Below are positions 19,050 through 29,600 of a DNA stretch of 64,000 nt, one piece after another; the stretch's first letter is position 1; each line of letters opens with the position of its first letter. The notes below the pieces were generated by a model. That model was given only the letters and a program-made list of their open reading frames with translations, was not told the DNA's origin and made no database searches. The position numbers and the translations under genes were made by a program. The stretch lies in the NCBI GenBank assembly GCA_003169735.1, contig PNAP01000025.1, forward strand, positions 179 through 64,178, read 5' to 3'. Source of the DNA: Chloroflexota bacterium. Its GTDB lineage: Bacteria > Chloroflexota > Limnocylindria > Limnocylindrales > CSP1-4.

Positions 19050-20351
19050 ATGATCTTCTCTCGTGCGCGCTGGGTCGCGGTCGCTCTCGCGCTCGGGGCC
19101 ATCGCCGTGGTCGAGTTGCTGAGTGACACCGTGCTCGACTCCGCGCTGACGTTCCCGTGGAACACGCTCATGGTGGTGGCCACCATCGGCATCGTGGGGG
19201 CGCTCGGCGCTGTGCTCGCCTTCCGGAGCATCGATCGGCTGGCCGCGACGCTGCGCGAGCGCAACGCGGAGTTGGAGGCGAGCGAAGCCGCCACGCGGGC
19301 GCTGCTTCGGGTGAGCATCTCGTTATCGACGCTCTCCGAACTCGACCAGATCCTGGGCGCGGTCGTCGAGAACGCCCGCTCGCTGCTCGCCGCCGACGTT
19401 GCGTTGCTCGTGCTCTTCCGTTCCGATGCCACGCTCCGCCTCGCCGCGTCATCCGGCCCAGCTGCCGCCTTCGTCAGCACCGGCGAGCAGCCTGGCACGG
19501 ATTTCCGGCGTTTCGTGGATCCGACGATGGTGCGCAGCCACCTCGCGGCACCGGTCCAACGCGCCGGACGCTCGGTCGGGACGCTGGCCGTTGGTTCCCA
19601 AGAGGAACGGGCCTATGGCGTCGACGCCGTCGAGATCCTCGCCTCGCTCGCCAGCCAGGCCGCCGTCGCCATCGAGAACGAGCGGTTGGCCGAGCAACTG
19701 CGCGAGCTCGCCATCCGCGGCGAGCGCGAACGCATCGCTCGCGAGATGCATGACGGGTTGGCACAGGTGCTCGGCTACGTCAACACCAAGTCGCAGGCGG
19801 TCGAAGAGCTGCTGGCCGGCGGACGCACCGAGGCGGCCCGCGCCCAGCTTGCCGAGCTGGCGGCAGCGGCCCGGTCGGTCTACGTGGATGTGCGTGAAGC
19901 CATCCTCGGCTTGACCAGCCCCATCGCGCCCGAGCGCGGCCTCGTCGGGGCCATCGAGGAGTACGCCCGACGCTTCTCCAGTGCATCGAAACTGGCGACG
20001 TCGGTCGAGGCGAGCCCCATGGCTCGCGAAGTGCGCCTCGCTCCGGAGGCGCAGGCACAGACGTTCCGGATCGTCCAGGAGGCGCTCACGAACGTGCGCA
20101 AGCACGCCGCGGCGCATCGCGCTTCGATCGCCGTCGACTCGGACGCAGGGGAGCTCCGGGTGACGGTCCAGGACGATGGCCGCGGCATCGGGCCCGACCC
20201 GGGCCAGCCCGGCGAGTGGCCGCGTTTCGGCATCAAGGCGATGCATGAGCGCGCCGAGGCGCTTGGCGGGACGCTCCGGATCGAGCGCACGGAGCCCGGC
20301 ACGCGGCTCGTGCTGAGCGTGCCGCTCGGTGCCGCGCTCGAGATCGGCTGA
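19050..20351 (+). CDS. Sensor histidine kinase (2 TM, GAF, HisKA_3; NarX/LiaS-like)
   Basis: ERERIAREMHDGLAQ, QEALTNVRKHA, DDGRG, GIKAMHERA. Confidence 0.92.
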   Translation: MIFSRARWVAVALALGAIAVVELLSDTVLDSALTFPWNTLMVVATIGIVGALGAVLAFRSIDRLAATLRERNAELEASEAATRALLRVSISLSTLSELDQILGAVVENARSLLAADVALLVLFRSDATLRLAASSGPAAAFVSTGEQPGTDFRRFVDPTMVRSHLAAPVQRAGRSVGTLAVGSQEERAYGVDAVEILASLASQAAVAIENERLAEQLRELAIRGERERIAREMHDGLAQVLGYVNTKSQAVEELLAGGRTEAARAQLAELAAAARSVYVDVREAILGLTSPIAPERGLVGAIEEYARRFSSASKLATSVEASPMAREVRLAPEAQAQTFRIVQEALTNVRKHAAAHRASIAVDSDAGELRVTVQDDGRGIGPDPGQPGEWPRFGIKAMHERAEALGGTLRIERTEPGTRLVLSVPLGAALEIG

Positions 20352-20995
20352 TGCGCATCCTGCTCGCCGACGATCACTCGCTGTTCCGCGACGGTGTCGC
20401 GTCGCTGCTCGAAGCGTGGGGCCACGAGGTGGTCGGCCAGGCCTCCGATGGCGCCGAGGCCATCGTGCTGGCCGATCGATCGCGTCCCGACCTGGTTCTG
20501 ATGGACGTCCGGATGCCGGTCCTCTCCGGGCTGGCCGCCACGCAGCGCATCAAGGCCGACCACCCTGAGATCCCCATCGTCATGCTCACCGTCAGTGAAG
20601 ACGAGGACGACCTCTTCACCGCCATCAAGGCCGGCGCACAGGGGTATCTGCTCAAGAACCTGGAGAGTCGTCAGTTGCGCCGCATGCTTGAGGCGGTGGC
20701 CCGCGGCGAACCAGCCATCACGCCAGCCACGGCAGCTCGGATCCTCGAGGAATTCGCGCGCATCGACAGAGCCGCCGGCGCTCCGGCCGACCCCGATCGC
20801 CTGACCGACCGCGAGCTGGAGGTACTCGGGCTCGTGACCCGTGGCCTCCGCAACAAGGAGATCGCCGCGCGGCTGGGGATCAGCGAGAACACTGCCAAGT
20901 TCCATCTGAAGAACATCCTCGAGAAGGTGCATGTGCGGAGCCGCACCGAGCTCGCCGCACGAGCGGTCCAGCAACGGCTCGTCGCGGGCGACTGA
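20351..20995 (+). CDS. NarL/LuxR family response regulator
   Basis: LADDH, LMDVRMP, GYLLK, LTDRELEVL...NKEIA HTH. Confidence 0.95.
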   Translation: MRILLADDHSLFRDGVASLLEAWGHEVVGQASDGAEAIVLADRSRPDLVLMDVRMPVLSGLAATQRIKADHPEIPIVMLTVSEDEDDLFTAIKAGAQGYLLKNLESRQLRRMLEAVARGEPAITPATAARILEEFARIDRAAGAPADPDRLTDRELEVLGLVTRGLRNKEIAARLGISENTAKFHLKNILEKVHVRSRTELAARAVQQRLVAGD

Positions 20996-21060
20996 CCAGC
21001 CCAGCGACTGACCAGCCGAGCCGGCGGCCTCACCGGCACGGGCCGGATGGCCCCCCGGCG

Positions 21061-21078
21061 CCTACCCGTATGAGTAGG
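21061..21078. promoter_or_regulatory. Candidate response-regulator binding palindrome
   Basis: CCTACCCGTATGAGTAGG: inverted NarL-like heptamers TACCCGT / TACTCAT, about 60 bp upstream of the oxidoreductase start. Confidence 0.55.
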
Positions 21079-21136
21079 GCGCATCCCCTGCCATCGCATG
21101 TGGTCGTCGGGCTCGCGGGCCGCGATGCTCCGGGAC

Positions 21137-23122
21137 ATGGGCTATCGCATCACGATCGATCGGACCGGCTGTATCAACTGCGGCGTCTGCATGGATGTCT
21201 GCCCCGTGCAGGCGCTCGACATGACCCGACCGAACCGTCCCGGTGTGGAGACGGGCGGGCACGGAGCGCCTCTCCGTTGGATGATGGAGTTCCCGACCCA
21301 GGTCGGAGAGTGCATCGGCTGCTCGATCTGTATCCGGGAGTGTCCGGTCGAGGTCATGACCCTCGACGCGGTGTCCGGCTTGACGCCGCTCCAGCCCCGC
21401 CAGGGACCGATCACCCCGCCGTCGCCGATCGGCAACGCGTGGCTGCCGCTCGGCCTGGTGACCCGCGAATCGCTGAAGCCGGATCACCCGGAGCCATACG
21501 ATGGGCTCCACAGTTGGCGCACCTCGGAGCGTCCGCAGTCGTGGCAGGTGTGGCGGACCATGCTGGGCGACGCTCGCCCCGATCCCATCGCCCCGTGCCA
21601 GGCCGCCTGCCCGGCGGGAACTGATGCCGGCCGATACGTCGGCCTGATCGGCAAGGGCCTCTATGCGGATGCCTATGCGGTGGCGGCCGAGGTCAATCCG
21701 TTCCCGTCGGTCTGCGGATGGATCTGCACGGCACCGTGCGAATCGGCCTGCCGCCGGGGGACCCTTGACGAGCCGATCGCAATCCGTGACCTGAAGCGAT
21801 TCGCAGCCGAAGCAGGCAAGTTGCCATCGATCGAGCCGCCAAAGCAGCGCCGGCCCGAGAAGGTCGCCATCGTCGGTGGCGGACCGGCCGGGATGTCCGC
21901 CGCGTACTACCTGGCGCGTCTCGGCTATCCGGTCACCGTCCTCGAGGCGATGCCCGTGCCGGGCGGGATGATGGCCATCGGCATCCCCGAGTACCGCCTG
22001 CCGCGCGACGTGCTGCGCGAGGAGATCGGCCGTATCGTCGGCCTGGGCGTCGATCTTCGCCTCGACACGGCGATGGGCCGCGATTTCACGCTGAGCGACC
22101 TGGAAACGCAGGGCTATCGCGCCATCTTCGTGGCGACGGGCGCGTCCAAGAGTCGGCGCCTGGGCGTCCCCGGAGACGAGTCACCGGGCGTCGTGCCCGC
22201 GACCTACTTCCTGAAGCAGGTCAACCTGGGCGAGAAGCCCAGGCTATCCGGACCGGTGATGGTCGTCGGCGGCGGAAGCACCGCCATGGACGCGGCGCGG
22301 TCCGCGCTTCGCAGCGGCGCGGCGTCAGTGACGATCCTGTATCGCCGCGATCGCGCCGACATGCCTGCGCAGGCCGAGGAGGTCGAGGCGGCGGAGCGTG
22401 AGGGCGTCGTCGTGCGCACCGGTACCTCGGTCGTCGAGGTCCTCGGCGACCACGGCATGACCGCCATCCGGATCGTTCGCCAGGAACCGACCGGTAAGGT
22501 CGAGAGCGGCCGCGCCCTCTTCGCTCCGGTTGCGGGCAGCGAGGAGGAACTGCCCGCGACGACGCTCCTGGTGGCCGTCGGCGAGGAGCCCGACCCATCG
22601 ATCCTGCCCGAGGGGGCCGGCATCGAGGTCAGTGCCTTCGCGGGCATCGCGGCCGACCGACGGACGCTGGCCACCGGTCGCGCTGGTGTCTTCGCCGGTG
22701 GCGACGTCGTGTCGGGCCCCAAGACCATCATCGACGCGGTCGCGGCCGGGCGGCGAGCCGCCGCGTCCATCCACGAGTATCTGTCTGGCGCGCGCGACGG
22801 CGAGGCCGAGATCCTGGCCACGGTCCGCTATCGGACCGCCCATGAGAAGGTCCTGACCGTCAACCTCGCGACCACGCCGCGCACGCACCGCCCGCTGCCG
22901 ATGTACGAGCCGGGCTCGTTCACCGCGACGCAGGTCGGCTTCGACGAGACCGCCGCGCGCCACGAAGCGAGCCGGTGCTTCCGCTGTGACGCCGTCTACC
23001 GCGCCGCCGAGGTCGACGTCGTCGACGGTCGAGGACCCGGTCGCTCGGGGCCACCGACGATATCCACCGCCATGCCGGGAACAACGCCGGCACCCTTCAC
23101 CACACCGGAGGTCGCCTCATGA
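21137..23122 (+). CDS. Ferredoxin-fused GltD/SudA-like FAD/NAD(P)H Fe-S oxidoreductase
   Basis: CINCGVCMDVCP and CIGCSICIRECP (2x[4Fe-4S]); PCQAACP, VCGWICTAPCESAC; GGGPAG; GIPEYRLP; GGGSTAMD; FAGGD; C-terminal RCFRC. Confidence 0.9.
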   Translation: MGYRITIDRTGCINCGVCMDVCPVQALDMTRPNRPGVETGGHGAPLRWMMEFPTQVGECIGCSICIRECPVEVMTLDAVSGLTPLQPRQGPITPPSPIGNAWLPLGLVTRESLKPDHPEPYDGLHSWRTSERPQSWQVWRTMLGDARPDPIAPCQAACPAGTDAGRYVGLIGKGLYADAYAVAAEVNPFPSVCGWICTAPCESACRRGTLDEPIAIRDLKRFAAEAGKLPSIEPPKQRRPEKVAIVGGGPAGMSAAYYLARLGYPVTVLEAMPVPGGMMAIGIPEYRLPRDVLREEIGRIVGLGVDLRLDTAMGRDFTLSDLETQGYRAIFVATGASKSRRLGVPGDESPGVVPATYFLKQVNLGEKPRLSGPVMVVGGGSTAMDAARSALRSGAASVTILYRRDRADMPAQAEEVEAAEREGVVVRTGTSVVEVLGDHGMTAIRIVRQEPTGKVESGRALFAPVAGSEEELPATTLLVAVGEEPDPSILPEGAGIEVSAFAGIAADRRTLATGRAGVFAGGDVVSGPKTIIDAVAAGRRAAASIHEYLSGARDGEAEILATVRYRTAHEKVLTVNLATTPRTHRPLPMYEPGSFTATQVGFDETAARHEASRCFRCDAVYRAAEVDVVDGRGPGRSGPPTISTAMPGTTPAPFTTPEVAS

Positions 23123-23751
23123 CACCAGACCAGGTCTCCGGCTTCTTCGCTGCCGGCGAGAGCTTCGTCGAGGGGACCATCGCGGCCGCCCTCGTCGCGT
23201 TCTGGTTCATCGTCGTGGCCGTGCAGCTGGCACGTCCCTACATGCTCCGCAACCTGAAGAAGTTCACCCTGCGCCTGGGCGCCGACCTGTGGTGGATCAT
23301 CTATGTCGGGCTGCGAGATCTGCTCATCGTGTCGCTGTTCCTCGGCGGGTTCATCTTCTTCTACCCCGATGTCGTGGCCGCTCAGGACCTGCCCATCACC
23401 GGTGGCCTGGCGACCGCCTGCGTCTTCGCCGTAATGCTCCTGAAGCTCGTCTCGAAGGGCGAGGCGGATGTCCGGAGCTATCGCCTCCAGACATTCCTCA
23501 TCGGGCTCGGGGCGACCCTCTACATCGTCCCGTACATCCTGGGCGTCCAGGTCACCCAGCTCGGAGGGGACTCCGCCGACTGGCTGGCCTCGATCTTCGT
23601 CAGCTCGCGCAACACCGATGTGTCCCTGCCGCTGGCATACCTGTCCGCCGCGTTGGTCGGGATCATGGCGCTGGTGGCCGTCGCCTACAACCTGCGCCAG
23701 CCCAGCGCTCGACCGCAACGTGAGATGTCGACCGAGGAGACCGCTCGATGA
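23119..23751 (+). CDS. Uncharacterised polytopic membrane protein A
   Basis: About 5 hydrophobic segments; ATGA overlap with upstream gene; GGAGG RBS; paralog of next gene. Confidence 0.85.
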   Translation: MTPDQVSGFFAAGESFVEGTIAAALVAFWFIVVAVQLARPYMLRNLKKFTLRLGADLWWIIYVGLRDLLIVSLFLGGFIFFYPDVVAAQDLPITGGLATACVFAVMLLKLVSKGEADVRSYRLQTFLIGLGATLYIVPYILGVQVTQLGGDSADWLASIFVSSRNTDVSLPLAYLSAALVGIMALVAVAYNLRQPSARPQREMSTEETAR

Positions 23752-24395
23752 GTGCCGACGACTTCACCCACGCCCTGGTAACGGGCGGTTCCGCATGGCT
23801 GGTCCTGTCGGTGTCGGCGGTCCTGCCGATCCTGTGGGCGTTCACGCTGATCCTCCACTTCGCTCGACCGTACATGCTGCAGTTCCTGCAGACCCTCACG
23901 CTCCGCTTCGGGGGCGACGTGTGGTGGCTCGGCTACGTCCTCTTCCGTGACGGGCTGATGCTCGTCACGCTCGTCCTCAGCATCACCTTCCTGTTCCCGA
24001 ACCTGTACATCGGCCTGGGCCTGCCGCTCACCGCGCCACTCGCCGTGGTCGTGCTGTTCTGGGCATTGACCGTCAAGTTCCTGCGCGACACCGACGACGA
24101 CCAGAAAGCCTTCCAGCTCGAGAGCGTGCTGTTGATCATCGCCTCCGTGCTGTACATCGTCCCGCAGATCTATGGCCTGGAAGCGACCGACCAGGTCGAC
24201 CGGCTGAACTCGGTCGGCCTCGGATGGGTGCCGGGCACGCTCGTGGCGCAAACCGACAGCGGCGTCAACGGCCTCGCCTGGCCGATCCTCGCGGTCAGCC
24301 TGCTGCTCTTCGCCGTCACCGGCGCCGCACTGTTCTGGCGGTTCCTGATCGGCATCGGCCACGAGGCGGAAACGGAGGACGCGACCGCCGCCTGA
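23748..24395 (+). CDS. Uncharacterised polytopic membrane protein B (paralog of A)
   Basis: Shares ARPYM..TLR.G.D.WW..YV..RD, LP.T..LA, LYIVP motifs with A; ATGA overlap. Confidence 0.85.
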   Translation: MSADDFTHALVTGGSAWLVLSVSAVLPILWAFTLILHFARPYMLQFLQTLTLRFGGDVWWLGYVLFRDGLMLVTLVLSITFLFPNLYIGLGLPLTAPLAVVVLFWALTVKFLRDTDDDQKAFQLESVLLIIASVLYIVPQIYGLEATDQVDRLNSVGLGWVPGTLVAQTDSGVNGLAWPILAVSLLLFAVTGAALFWRFLIGIGHEAETEDATAA

Positions 24396-24539
24396 TCCTC
24401 TGCCCTCACTGGGAACGTGAGCCGGGCGTCATGCCCGGCTCACGTGATTCGTGGCCACATCTGCCGATGCGAGCCCGGGACACGGTCGCGGCGAGGATTC
24501 CCGATACTTGGCGGCGATCACCTCGCACGGAGCGGACCA

Positions 24540-25358
24540 TTGACCGACACGCGCGAACGCTGGGCGCTCATCCTTGGAGCCAGCAGCGGATTCGGGGAGG
24601 CGACGGCACTCGCCCTGGCCGCCGATGGGTACGAGATCGCCGGTGTCCACCTCGATCGACGAGAAGGACAGCGGCACGCCGACGAGATCAGGGCCCGCAT
24701 CGAGGCGATGGGCCGGCGCGCCGCGTTCTTCAACGGCAACGCCGCCGACGATGAGAATCGGGCCGCGGTCATCGGCCGCGTCGCGGCCATCCTCGCCGAG
24801 CGCCGCGCCGCAGGCGCCCAGCCGTACGTCCGGGTGATGCTCCACTCGCTCGCGTTCGGCACGCTCAAGCCGTTCCTGGCCACGGCACCCGGCGACGCCA
24901 TCAGCCGCCGGAACATGGAGATGACGCTCGATGTGATGGCCCACAGCCTCGTTTACTGGGCGCAGGACGTCTGGCGCGCCGGCCTGTTCGGCGACGGCTC
25001 CAAGATCTACGCCATGACCAGCGAGGGCTCGACGCGGGTGATCGCCTCGTACGGGGCGGTCAGTGCCGCCAAGACGGCGCTCGAGTCGCACTGCCGCCAG
25101 CTGGCCATGGAGTTCGCCCGACTCGGCACCGGCGTGACCGTCAATGCTGTTCGTGCGGGCGTGACGATGACGCCGGCCCTGATGCAGATCCCCGAGCGCG
25201 ACAAGCTCATCGCCCATGCCAACGACAAGAACCCGATGGGCCGCATGACCACCGTCGACGACGTTGCCGCCGCCCTCGTCGCGCTGTCCGGTGACGGCAC
25301 ACAGTGGATCACCGGCAACGTCATCGGCATCGACGGCGGCGAGCTTGTCTCCGGCTGA
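24540..25358 (+). CDS. SDR family oxidoreductase, enoyl-ACP reductase (FabL/FabI)-like
   Basis: LGASSGFG, HSLAFG, Y-x6-K (YGAVSAAK), NPMGR, WITGNVIGIDGG; TTG start inferred. Confidence 0.82.
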   Translation: MTDTRERWALILGASSGFGEATALALAADGYEIAGVHLDRREGQRHADEIRARIEAMGRRAAFFNGNAADDENRAAVIGRVAAILAERRAAGAQPYVRVMLHSLAFGTLKPFLATAPGDAISRRNMEMTLDVMAHSLVYWAQDVWRAGLFGDGSKIYAMTSEGSTRVIASYGAVSAAKTALESHCRQLAMEFARLGTGVTVNAVRAGVTMTPALMQIPERDKLIAHANDKNPMGRMTTVDDVAAALVALSGDGTQWITGNVIGIDGGELVSG

Positions 25359-25391
25359 GCTCGGGCTGAGTGCGGGATCGCTGAGCGGTCG

Positions 25392-26234
25392 GTGATCCTC
25401 ACCCCGGGTAGTGACGTCGCTCTCCTGCTGGTCAGCGTCGCGGCCGGGCTCCTCGGTGCGCTGGGCGGGGTCGGCGGCGGTCTCATCGTCGTGCCGGTCC
25501 TGACCATCATCTTCGGCGTCGACATCCACCTCGCTGCTGGGGCCAGCATCGTGGCAGTCATCGCGACCAGCTCCGGAGCTGGCGTCGCGTTCGTCCGCGA
25601 CGGACTTGCCAACATCCGCATCGCGATGTTCCTCGGGTGGGCGACCGCCATCGGAGCCATCGTCGGGGCACTGGCCGCATCGGAGCTGCCGGCATCGGTG
25701 CTGCTCCTGGTGCTGGCCGCCGTCCTGCTCGTCTCGGTTGCGATGCAGCTGCTCCGGCTGAGCGAGGAACCAGGATCGGAGCCGCTGCCCGCGCACGACC
25801 GCTTCCGCCTGTCCGGGTCCTACTACAGCATCCGGCTGCGAAGCGAGGTGCCCTACGCCAGCCGACGCGTGCCGCTCGGGCTCGCCCTGATGGCGGTGGC
25901 AGGCGTCGTGTCCGGGCTGCTCGGCATCGGATCGGGTGCCGTGAAGGTGCTCGCCATGGACGGCGCGATGCGGCTGCCCATGAAGGTCAGCTCCGCCACC
26001 AGCAACCTGATGATCGGTGTGACCGCGGCGGCATCGGTCGGCATCTACCTGGCCCGCGGCTACGTGGACGCCCGTCTGGCGGCCCCGGTCGCCCTGGGCA
26101 TCCTGATCGGCGCTCTCGTCGGTGCCCGGATGCTCGGCCGGCTCACCAACCGCAACGTCCGCGTGATCTTCATCCCGGTGCTCCTTGCCATCGCCGTCGA
26201 GACGCTCCTGCGCGGCCTGGGGGTCGGCGCATGA
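25392..26234 (+). CDS. TauE/SafE (TSUP) family exporter
   Basis: GVGGGLIVVP, GLLGIGSG, MRLPMKVSSATSN. Confidence 0.9.
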   Translation: MILTPGSDVALLLVSVAAGLLGALGGVGGGLIVVPVLTIIFGVDIHLAAGASIVAVIATSSGAGVAFVRDGLANIRIAMFLGWATAIGAIVGALAASELPASVLLLVLAAVLLVSVAMQLLRLSEEPGSEPLPAHDRFRLSGSYYSIRLRSEVPYASRRVPLGLALMAVAGVVSGLLGIGSGAVKVLAMDGAMRLPMKVSSATSNLMIGVTAAASVGIYLARGYVDARLAAPVALGILIGALVGARMLGRLTNRNVRVIFIPVLLAIAVETLLRGLGVGA

Positions 26235-26590
26235 CCGACACTCGTCTTGACCGCGCGATCGCCCTTGTGATGCGCGTCGGCGTCACCGTCAGCGCCACGC
26301 TCATCACGGTCGGCTTCTTGCTGGCGCTGGTCCTCGGCTGGGCCGGCAACGGCACATCGGCTGACGCCGCCGCCCTCGACACGACCGACTTCGCAAGGCT
26401 GCTGGAGAGGCTGGGGGATTTGCAGCCGCTTGCCATCGTGCAGGCCGGCCTGCTGGTCCTCATCGCCACGCCGGTCGTCCGCGTCGCCGTGACGGCGATC
26501 GGCTTCGCGCAGGAGCGAGACCGGCTCTATGCCGCCACGTCGGTGGTTGTCCTGCTCCTCCTGCTGGCGAGCCTGCTGCTGATCCGATGA
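26231..26590 (+). CDS. DUF1634 membrane protein
   Basis: GLLVLIATPVVRV...ERDRLY motif; usual TauE partner; ATGA overlap. Confidence 0.8.
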   Translation: MTDTRLDRAIALVMRVGVTVSATLITVGFLLALVLGWAGNGTSADAAALDTTDFARLLERLGDLQPLAIVQAGLLVLIATPVVRVAVTAIGFAQERDRLYAATSVVVLLLLLASLLLIR

Positions 26591-26603
26591 GCCGGGGAAT
26601 GGC

Positions 26604-29600
26604 TCAGGGTGCCGCGCTCGGTGTCGCCGAGGGCAGACCCGCGGGCCCGTAGCCCGTGAGCTCGACGTAAGCCTGGCCGCCATCGGGCTGGCCGTCGATG
26701 GTGGCGTGGACGGTCTGCGAGCCTTCCCAGTAGACGACCCCGGTCGTTGGGCGCGTGTCGAGTTCCTGGTCGGCGACTGTCGGCGTGAGGTCGAGGACGA
26801 GCGATTCGATGGGCAGCACGATGTGCCAGCCGGCCGGATAGACGGCCCCCGTCGCGGGCGACGTCCACGAGCCGGTCGAGCTGACGGTGAAGGCGGTCGA
26901 CGGCAGGTGCTCAACGGTCTGGCCACGAATCAGCGTTCCGTACACGAGCGTGTCCGTGCCCGCGGTGTCGCGCACCAACGAGAGGGTCAGGCCCGTGCCG
27001 TCGTCGAGGTTCACCGCGAACCAATCCCAGCCGCCGCCGCCGACGGCGATGAAGTCGCCCCACTGGTGGTCGAACCAGGCCTCGCCGTCGACCGCCAGCG
27101 TCTGGCCACCGACGGTGATGGTGCCGCTCGCCGAGAGCCGCGGCCGCGAGTAGTAGTACGAGCCACCGGCAGCGCCGAAGTCGACGTACCCGTCGGTGTC
27201 CTCGAGCGCGACCGGGACCGTGCCCGCGTCGAGGGCCAGGTCGATGCCGAACGGCGACGCGTCGGCAGCGGTGCCATGCGCATCGAGCTGGTCGTGGCCG
27301 CCGGAGCCGACCATCGTCCACGGCTGCGCGGTGAGCTGCGGGACGCCCGGCAGGCGATCGCCGACGATGCCGAGATCGAAGCCGCTCGCCGCACCCAGGT
27401 CAACCTCGGGGCCGATCTGGGCGCGCTGGTCGTACAGGAATCGGTCGCCGCTCTCGTCGGTCAGCGCGAGATGCGACGCCCACGCGACCGGGAAACTGCC
27501 GCGCTCTGCCCGGAAGACCACGAACTCGAAGCCGAAGTGCTTGCCTGCCGCTGTCTGCAGGTGGCCGGTGTAATACCACCACTCGGTCAATCGATGGTGG
27601 GGCGCGTCATCGGCGGGCAGGACGATCGGTTGTGGGTCGGGTGGCCGAACGGCGCTGGCCGTCGGGGTCGGCAGCGAGGGCACGACGGACGGCTGGTTGG
27701 CCATCAACAGCCCGGACGGAGAGCAGGCACTCACGAGCAGCACCGCGATCAGCCCGAGCACGACCAGCTGGAGGGCCGTCCCCTCGATGACCGGCAGGCG
27801 TGACGCGATGAGGCGCTTCAGGCGCTCCGGCATCCACCAGTTCCAGTGCCCGAGCAGGCGCATCGTCGACGGCACGAGCAGCGCCCGCACGACGGTGGCA
27901 TCCAGGGCCACGGCGATGGCCACGCCAAGACCGACCGCCTTGATGAGCACGATGTCGGCGAACGCGAACGAACCCGCCACCACGACCACGATGAGCGCGG
28001 CGCTGGTGACGATCCGACCGCTGCGCTCCATGCCACTCGCCACTGCAAGGCGATTGTCGCCGGTCCGGTCGTAGACCTCCTTCATGCGCGTCAGGAGGAA
28101 GACCTCGTAGTCCATCGACAGGCCGAACAGGACGCAGAAGAGGATGACGGGCAGCGTCGTCTCGACGAAACCGAGCGGCTCGAAGCCGAGGATCGCCGAC
28201 AGGTTGCCGTCCTGGAAGATCCAGACGAGTGCCCCGAAACTGGCCACGATGGAGAGCGCGTTCATGATCAGCGCCTTGGCCGGCAGGACGACCGAGCGCA
28301 GCAGCACGAACAGAACGAGGTAGGTCGAGATGAGGATGAACGCGGCGCTGCGCGGGAAGTCGGCGCCCATCCGGTCGACGACGTCCTTGACCTCGGCCGC
28401 GCCGCCGCCGACCGCCACGGTCACGCCGGCCGGCGGTGCCAGCGCCGAGTGCGGGTCGCGCAACTCATCGACCAGGGCGCGGCCCTCCGGCGCGTTCGGC
28501 CCGAAGTCCGTGACGACCGAGAACGCCGTCAGGTCGCCGTTGGTGGTCCGTGCAAGCGTGTCAGCCACGAACCGATCAGCCGGGCCGTTGGGCGCGCCGA
28601 GGATGAGCTGGTACTGCGCCTCGTCCAGGCGCGGGTCGATGTCCACGATGCTGTCGACGCGCGCCACGCGCGGATCGGCCGCGATCTCACGCGAGTACGC
28701 GTACAGCCGCGCGATGTTGTCGGGCGACGTCACCGGTCCGTCCGTCTGGACGGCCAGCAGGAGTGGCGCGAACTCGCCGCGCTGGAAGTCGTCGAGCAGC
28801 AGGTCGAACGCCTGGCGCGACGGCACGCTCGGAGGCAGGATCGATTCATCGGGAGCGTCGAAGCGGACGTGCAGGAACGGAACGCCGAGGAGGACGAGCA
28901 CCGCGAGCGTCGCCACGAAGATCCTGACGGGCTGATCCATGACCCGATTGGCGAGGCGCGCCCACGCGCCTTCGCCGGGCACCGCCGGCGTGCGCGGCCC
29001 GCGGCGCAGGCTGGGCACGCGCAGGGCGTCGATGCGCGGTCCGGCCACCGCCAGCACGGCCGGCAGCAGGGTCACCGCTCCAGCGAGCGCGAAGCCGACG
29101 ACGATCGCGCCGGCGATGCCGACCGAGCGCAGGACCATGAACTCGAACAGGATCAGGCCGATCAACCCAAGCAGCACCGTCACGCCGCTGAAGAAGGCCG
29201 CCCGGCCGGCGGTGGCGACGGTGACGCCGATGGCATCCTCGATGACCGCCCGATCGGGCGATCCGTCCGGCAGCCGGCCGCCGCCGCGCCGCGCCAGCTC
29301 CTCGCGGAAGCGGCTCGACAACAGCAGCGAGTAGTCCACGCCGAGGCCGAATCCGAGCAGCGTGGCGATGTTCAGCACGAAGATGCTCATCGGCATGACC
29401 GAGGCGACGAGGAAGATCACGGCGACCGCGATGAGCACCGAGACGCCGCCCACGATGACCGGCACCCCGGCGGCCACGAAACTGCCGAAGACGAGCAGCA
29501 GGGCGAGCGCCGCCAGCGGCAACGAGATCAGCTCGCTGCGCTGCAGATCCTGCTCACTGACGACCTGGACATCGCCGTAGAAGACGGGGCTGCCGGCGAG

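Noticed and set aside
20988..21017. Short direct repeat GCGACTGACCAGCC around the response-regulator stop
   Set aside because: Probably a local duplication; nothing suggests an att site or a function
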